A stretch of DNA of 64,000 nt from Deltaproteobacteria bacterium UBA6601 (GTDB lineage: Bacteria; Myxococcota_A; UBA796; UBA9615), in NCBI GenBank assembly GCA_002433485.1, contig DJIF01000084.1, forward strand, positions 61,286 through 125,285, read 5' to 3'. The notes beneath the pieces are model-generated. The model saw nothing but the letters and a program-made list of their open reading frames with translations. It ran no database searches and was not told the DNA's origin. Below, piece by piece: positions 60,652-64,000 of the stretch. Both the position numbers and the translations under genes were made by a program. Each line of letters opens with the position of its first letter. Position 1 is the stretch's first letter.

Positions 60652-61656
60652 GTGGAGACACTGCGCAAACGTGCCGCAATCCTGAAGCGTATTCGAGATT
60701 TCTTCGAGGAGCGCGGCTCTCTGGAGGTCAGCACCCCGGCCATTGTGCGCTCCCCGGGCGTAGACGCTCACCTCGACGCCATAGCCGTCCAGCTCAGTGG
60801 CGGACCAGCCGGCACCCCGCAGAACGGCTGGTTGCGGACCAGCCCCGAGTACCACATGAAACGCCTCCTTGCGGCTGGGAGCGGGGCCATTCACCAGCTT
60901 GCTCCGGCCTGGCGCGATGGCGAGAAGGGCGAGCTGCATGAGCCCGAGTTCACCCTCCTTGAGTGGTATCGTCCGGGTGCCGATGACAGTGCGCTGATGG
61001 ACGAGACCGAAGCGTTGGTCCGTGATCTGGCCAGCAACTTCGCCGATGGTGTACTCAGCCATCAGGGCACGACCTGTCAAGCAGGCCAAGGCGCCCCAGC
61101 ATTCGAGCGCATAACCTTCCGTGAAGCGTTTGAGCGCCACACCGGGCTGGACCCGATCAACGACAGCACCGGCAGGCTTGGCATCGCGCTGCGGGCTGGC
61201 GGCGTCCGGGTCCAACGGCCCGCCTCACGGGAACAACTCGTCGACCTCCTGTTGGCCTTTGTCGTCCAACCCCGCCTCGGCGAGCAACACCCCTGCTTCG
61301 TCACCGACTGGCCGGTGGACCGAGCAGCCCTGGCCCGGGTTCGGCCCGGGCGCGATGCCGACCAGGCAGCTTCAGCAGCTCGATTTGAGCTGTACGCCTG
61401 CGGAATCGAGCTCTGCAATGGCTACTTCGAACTAAGTTGCGCAGAGGAGCAGCGGGCTCGCATTGAATCGGAAAACAAGCGCCGTGAAGACTTAGGCAAA
61501 GCTCCCTACCCGGTCGATGAAGACTTTCTTGCTGCCCTCAGCTCGGGGCTTCCAGACTGTGCAGGCAATGCCCTTGGAATCGACCGGCTGCTGATGCTGC
61601 TCAACCACAGTGAATCGCTGCGGGAAGTGCGCTCTTTTCTCGTCGACCTATCGTAA
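60652..61656 (+). CDS. epmA: EF-P lysine aminoacylase (GenX/PoxA)
   Basis: TSPEYHMKRLL, HEPEFTLLEWY, ELCNGYFEL and GNALGIDRL; no anticodon domain; next to efp. Confidence 0.95.
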   Translation: METLRKRAAILKRIRDFFEERGSLEVSTPAIVRSPGVDAHLDAIAVQLSGGPAGTPQNGWLRTSPEYHMKRLLAAGSGAIHQLAPAWRDGEKGELHEPEFTLLEWYRPGADDSALMDETEALVRDLASNFADGVLSHQGTTCQAGQGAPAFERITFREAFERHTGLDPINDSTGRLGIALRAGGVRVQRPASREQLVDLLLAFVVQPRLGEQHPCFVTDWPVDRAALARVRPGRDADQAASAARFELYACGIELCNGYFELSCAEEQRARIESENKRREDLGKAPYPVDEDFLAALSSGLPDCAGNALGIDRLLMLLNHSESLREVRSFLVDLS

Positions 61657-61730
61657 AGCGCCCTACCAACAAAGGTCTCCAGTGGATCCGATCAGTCGCG
61701 CGAGCGCGCGGGCCTGAAATAAAGAGGAAA

Positions 61731-61759
61731 TTGACAGTGGGTACTGCCAAATGTAGCTT
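61731..61759 (+). promoter_or_regulatory. Sigma70-type promoter of the peptide ABC operon
   Basis: TTGACA, 17-nt spacer, TAGCTT, with an A-rich tract upstream. Confidence 0.6.
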
Positions 61760-61785
61760 GCGACGTTCGTCGAAAGGGAGAGGAT

Positions 61786-63723
61786 ATGACCCGCGGTTTT
61801 CTGAGCACCCTCGCTGGTGTGCTCTTGCTCGCTGCGCTGCTGGTGGCAACCGTCATCAGCCTCTGGCAGGGAGACCGAATGGAGCGCCGCCAGCTTGCGC
61901 TGGATAAACGTCTACAGCTGGTAGAGAAGCAGCTCGAAGAAGGGGTTAGTCTAGGCTCTTCTGGCAGCCGCAGTGGCAGCGCAACGCGCGGCGGAATCTT
62001 CGGCGCAGCCGAGCCCGACTATGTCACTGCAGCGCTATCGGACCCGAGCAATGCCCTGAGCCGCGATCCTAGTCCCTGGCTGCCGCCTGAAGCAAAGGCT
62101 GGCGGCACCCTGCTGCTGCAGCTCAGTTCCGATCCTAAAGGCCTCAACTACGTTGCCGAGAACGGCGCAGACGTATCTCGAATCGAGACCTTCAACCAAC
62201 TGGGCATGATCAGCCGACACCGCAAGGATCCGACCCGCTTCGGACCGGCGCTCGCTTACCACCTCAAGATTGAAGACGACTACAAGACCTTCACCTACAA
62301 GATGCGCCAGGACATCTACTGGCACCAGCCCGCAGTAGACCTCTCAGACGAGCGCTTCACCTGGCTCAAGGGAGACCATCAGGTCACCGCCACCGATGTG
62401 GTGTTCCAACTCGACATGATCCTCAACAAGGACGTCACCGGGGCGGCAGCGTCTCGCTCCTACCTCAACGAAGTAGAGAGCTACGAGGCTCTTGATGAGT
62501 TCACCTTTCGCATTAAGTTCAAGAAGAAGCTCTACACCAACCTGAGCACCATCGTGCCGGGCATCGGGCCGACACCAGAGTTCCTCTACGCCTTTGACGA
62601 GGATGGCCAGCGCTATAGCGAAGACATCATTGGAGCTCGCTTTCAAGACCACTGGTACAACCCGAATGCGCTCGGCTGCGGCCCCTACCGCTTTGTCAGC
62701 TACGAACCGGGCGTCGCCATCACTCTAGAGCGGGACCCCCGCCACCCCATGGGAGGGAACGCCTTCGACAAGGTCATCTACCAGATCCTCAAGGACCAGA
62801 CCTCATGGCCGCGCAAGCTGCGCACTGGCGAACTCAGTCTCAGCGTCCTGCAGCCAGCTCAATACCGTGCCGAGGTAGTAGAAGGAACCGAACAGTCTCC
62901 CTTCAAGGACGGCAGCCTCGAAGGCGGTGAGTACTGGGCCTTTGGCTTCTACTACATCGGCTGGAACGCGGACCGCCCCTGGTTTAGCGACAAGAAGGTT
63001 CGCTGGGCCATGTCCCACGCCTTCAACGCTCAAGGCATCCTGGATGATGTGTTCATGGGCCTAGGCACCCGCAGCACGGGTCCTATCGCCAGCTTCCTGC
63101 CCTACTACAACAGTGATCTGACCCCAATTCCCTTCGACCTCGACAAGGCTGCTGCCCTCCTCGATCAGGCCGGTTGGGTCGACACCAACGACAACGGCCT
63201 CCGCGACAAGACCATAAATGGCCAGGTCGTAGAATTCGACTTCACCCTCATTGTGTACGGCGGTGGTGACGAGTACCTGACCATGGGCAATATCTTCAAG
63301 GAAGACCTCGCCCAGATCGGCGTGAAGATGAACGTCCAGCCCCTGGACTGGGCGGTCCACCTGAAGAAGAAAGACGAGCGCGACTACGACGCCATGACCC
63401 TCGCCTGGGCCACCGGCACCGAAGTGGACTTCCATCAGATCTGGCACTCAAGCCAGGCAGACGTACCCAAGGGCAGCAACTATGTGGGCTTCCGTAACGC
63501 AGAGGCGGACAAAATCATCGACGCAATGCGCGCTGAGTTCGAGTTCGACGAGCGAGTGCGACTGTCGAGGGACTTTCACAAACTCATCTATGACGAGCAG
63601 CCCTACACCTTCTTCTACACCAAGAAGCGAGTGCTCTATTGGCAGGATGAACTGAAGAACGTCTGGTTCGCCCTGACTCGGCCGCAGGAAAACCATCGCC
63701 CCTGGTACCTGAGCGAGCAATAG
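61786..63723 (+). CDS. Peptide/nickel ABC transporter substrate-binding protein (family 5)
   Basis: GGTL, DPKGLN, VTATDVVF, GCGPYRF, DKKVRWAMSHA, GW.D...G...K.G and FVGF.N.E.D. N-terminal TM plus coiled coil. Confidence 0.9.
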   Translation: MTRGFLSTLAGVLLLAALLVATVISLWQGDRMERRQLALDKRLQLVEKQLEEGVSLGSSGSRSGSATRGGIFGAAEPDYVTAALSDPSNALSRDPSPWLPPEAKAGGTLLLQLSSDPKGLNYVAENGADVSRIETFNQLGMISRHRKDPTRFGPALAYHLKIEDDYKTFTYKMRQDIYWHQPAVDLSDERFTWLKGDHQVTATDVVFQLDMILNKDVTGAAASRSYLNEVESYEALDEFTFRIKFKKKLYTNLSTIVPGIGPTPEFLYAFDEDGQRYSEDIIGARFQDHWYNPNALGCGPYRFVSYEPGVAITLERDPRHPMGGNAFDKVIYQILKDQTSWPRKLRTGELSLSVLQPAQYRAEVVEGTEQSPFKDGSLEGGEYWAFGFYYIGWNADRPWFSDKKVRWAMSHAFNAQGILDDVFMGLGTRSTGPIASFLPYYNSDLTPIPFDLDKAAALLDQAGWVDTNDNGLRDKTINGQVVEFDFTLIVYGGGDEYLTMGNIFKEDLAQIGVKMNVQPLDWAVHLKKKDERDYDAMTLAWATGTEVDFHQIWHSSQADVPKGSNYVGFRNAEADKIIDAMRAEFEFDERVRLSRDFHKLIYDEQPYTFFYTKKRVLYWQDELKNVWFALTRPQENHRPWYLSEQ

Positions 63724-63750
63724 GCCCAAAGCAGGCCCCGGAGACCTCCC

Positions 63751-64000
63751 GTGCTCACCTACATCATCAAGCGAATCCTGCTGATGATCCCGACGTTCTT
63801 CGCCATCAGCTTGATGATCTTCGTGATCCTCAACTTTGCCCCTGGCACGCCCGGCGCCTCGCTAGCGGGTGGTGAGGGCACCCAGAGCTCCGAGGACTCA
63901 GTAGGGCAACGCGAGAGCTACCAGATCTTTAAAGAGCAATTCAATCTCGACAAACCAGTGCTCTTCAATACCCGCTTCAGCCTGACCCAGGAGCAGGTCG
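63751..64000 (+). CDS. OppB/DppB-like ABC permease (5' partial)
   Basis: MLTYIIKRILLMIPTFFAISLMIFVILNFAPG; runs off the window. Confidence 0.85.
   Translation, partial: MLTYIIKRILLMIPTFFAISLMIFVILNFAPGTPGASLAGGEGTQSSEDSVGQRESYQIFKEQFNLDKPVLFNTRFSLTQEQV

Overview
64 kb of high-GC bacterial chromosome, most likely a Myxococcota/deltaproteobacterial lineage (inferred from TSP3-repeat OmpA, Cys/Asp-rich MopE-type repeats and FG-GAP lipoproteins). It is mostly core genome. Translation and RNA modification: asnS, metG, queG, miaB, efp-epmA-epmB, tRNA-Arg(CCT) and an RluA-RlmI fusion. Cell envelope: mreBCD-mrdA-rodA, ldcA, mpl, sppA, ppiD-like and dsbD. Metabolism: CBS/cystathionine lyase, fabD, accD, folC, tmk and holB. 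Several Ca-binding or acidic exported proteins are interspersed. I saw no integrase, transposase, prophage or CRISPR array. Two real-looking genes are missing from the ORF track: an OmpA-type gene running off the left edge and a 56-aa very basic protein with its own sigma70 promoter. The best leads are: (1) EpmB fused in frame, three residues after its predicted PLP lysine, to a lipoprotein signal peptide plus FG-GAP domain; (2) a circularly permuted ATP-grasp + GCS2 + Nit1 cluster that may make and repair a glutathione-like gamma-glutamyl peptide; (3) the RluA-RlmI fusion; (4) the small basic protein; (5) a globular domain inserted inside a MopE-type repeat. All product calls come from motif recognition by eye; no database searches were run. 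Several start codons were moved relative to the ORF track using RBS and stop/start overlap evidence.
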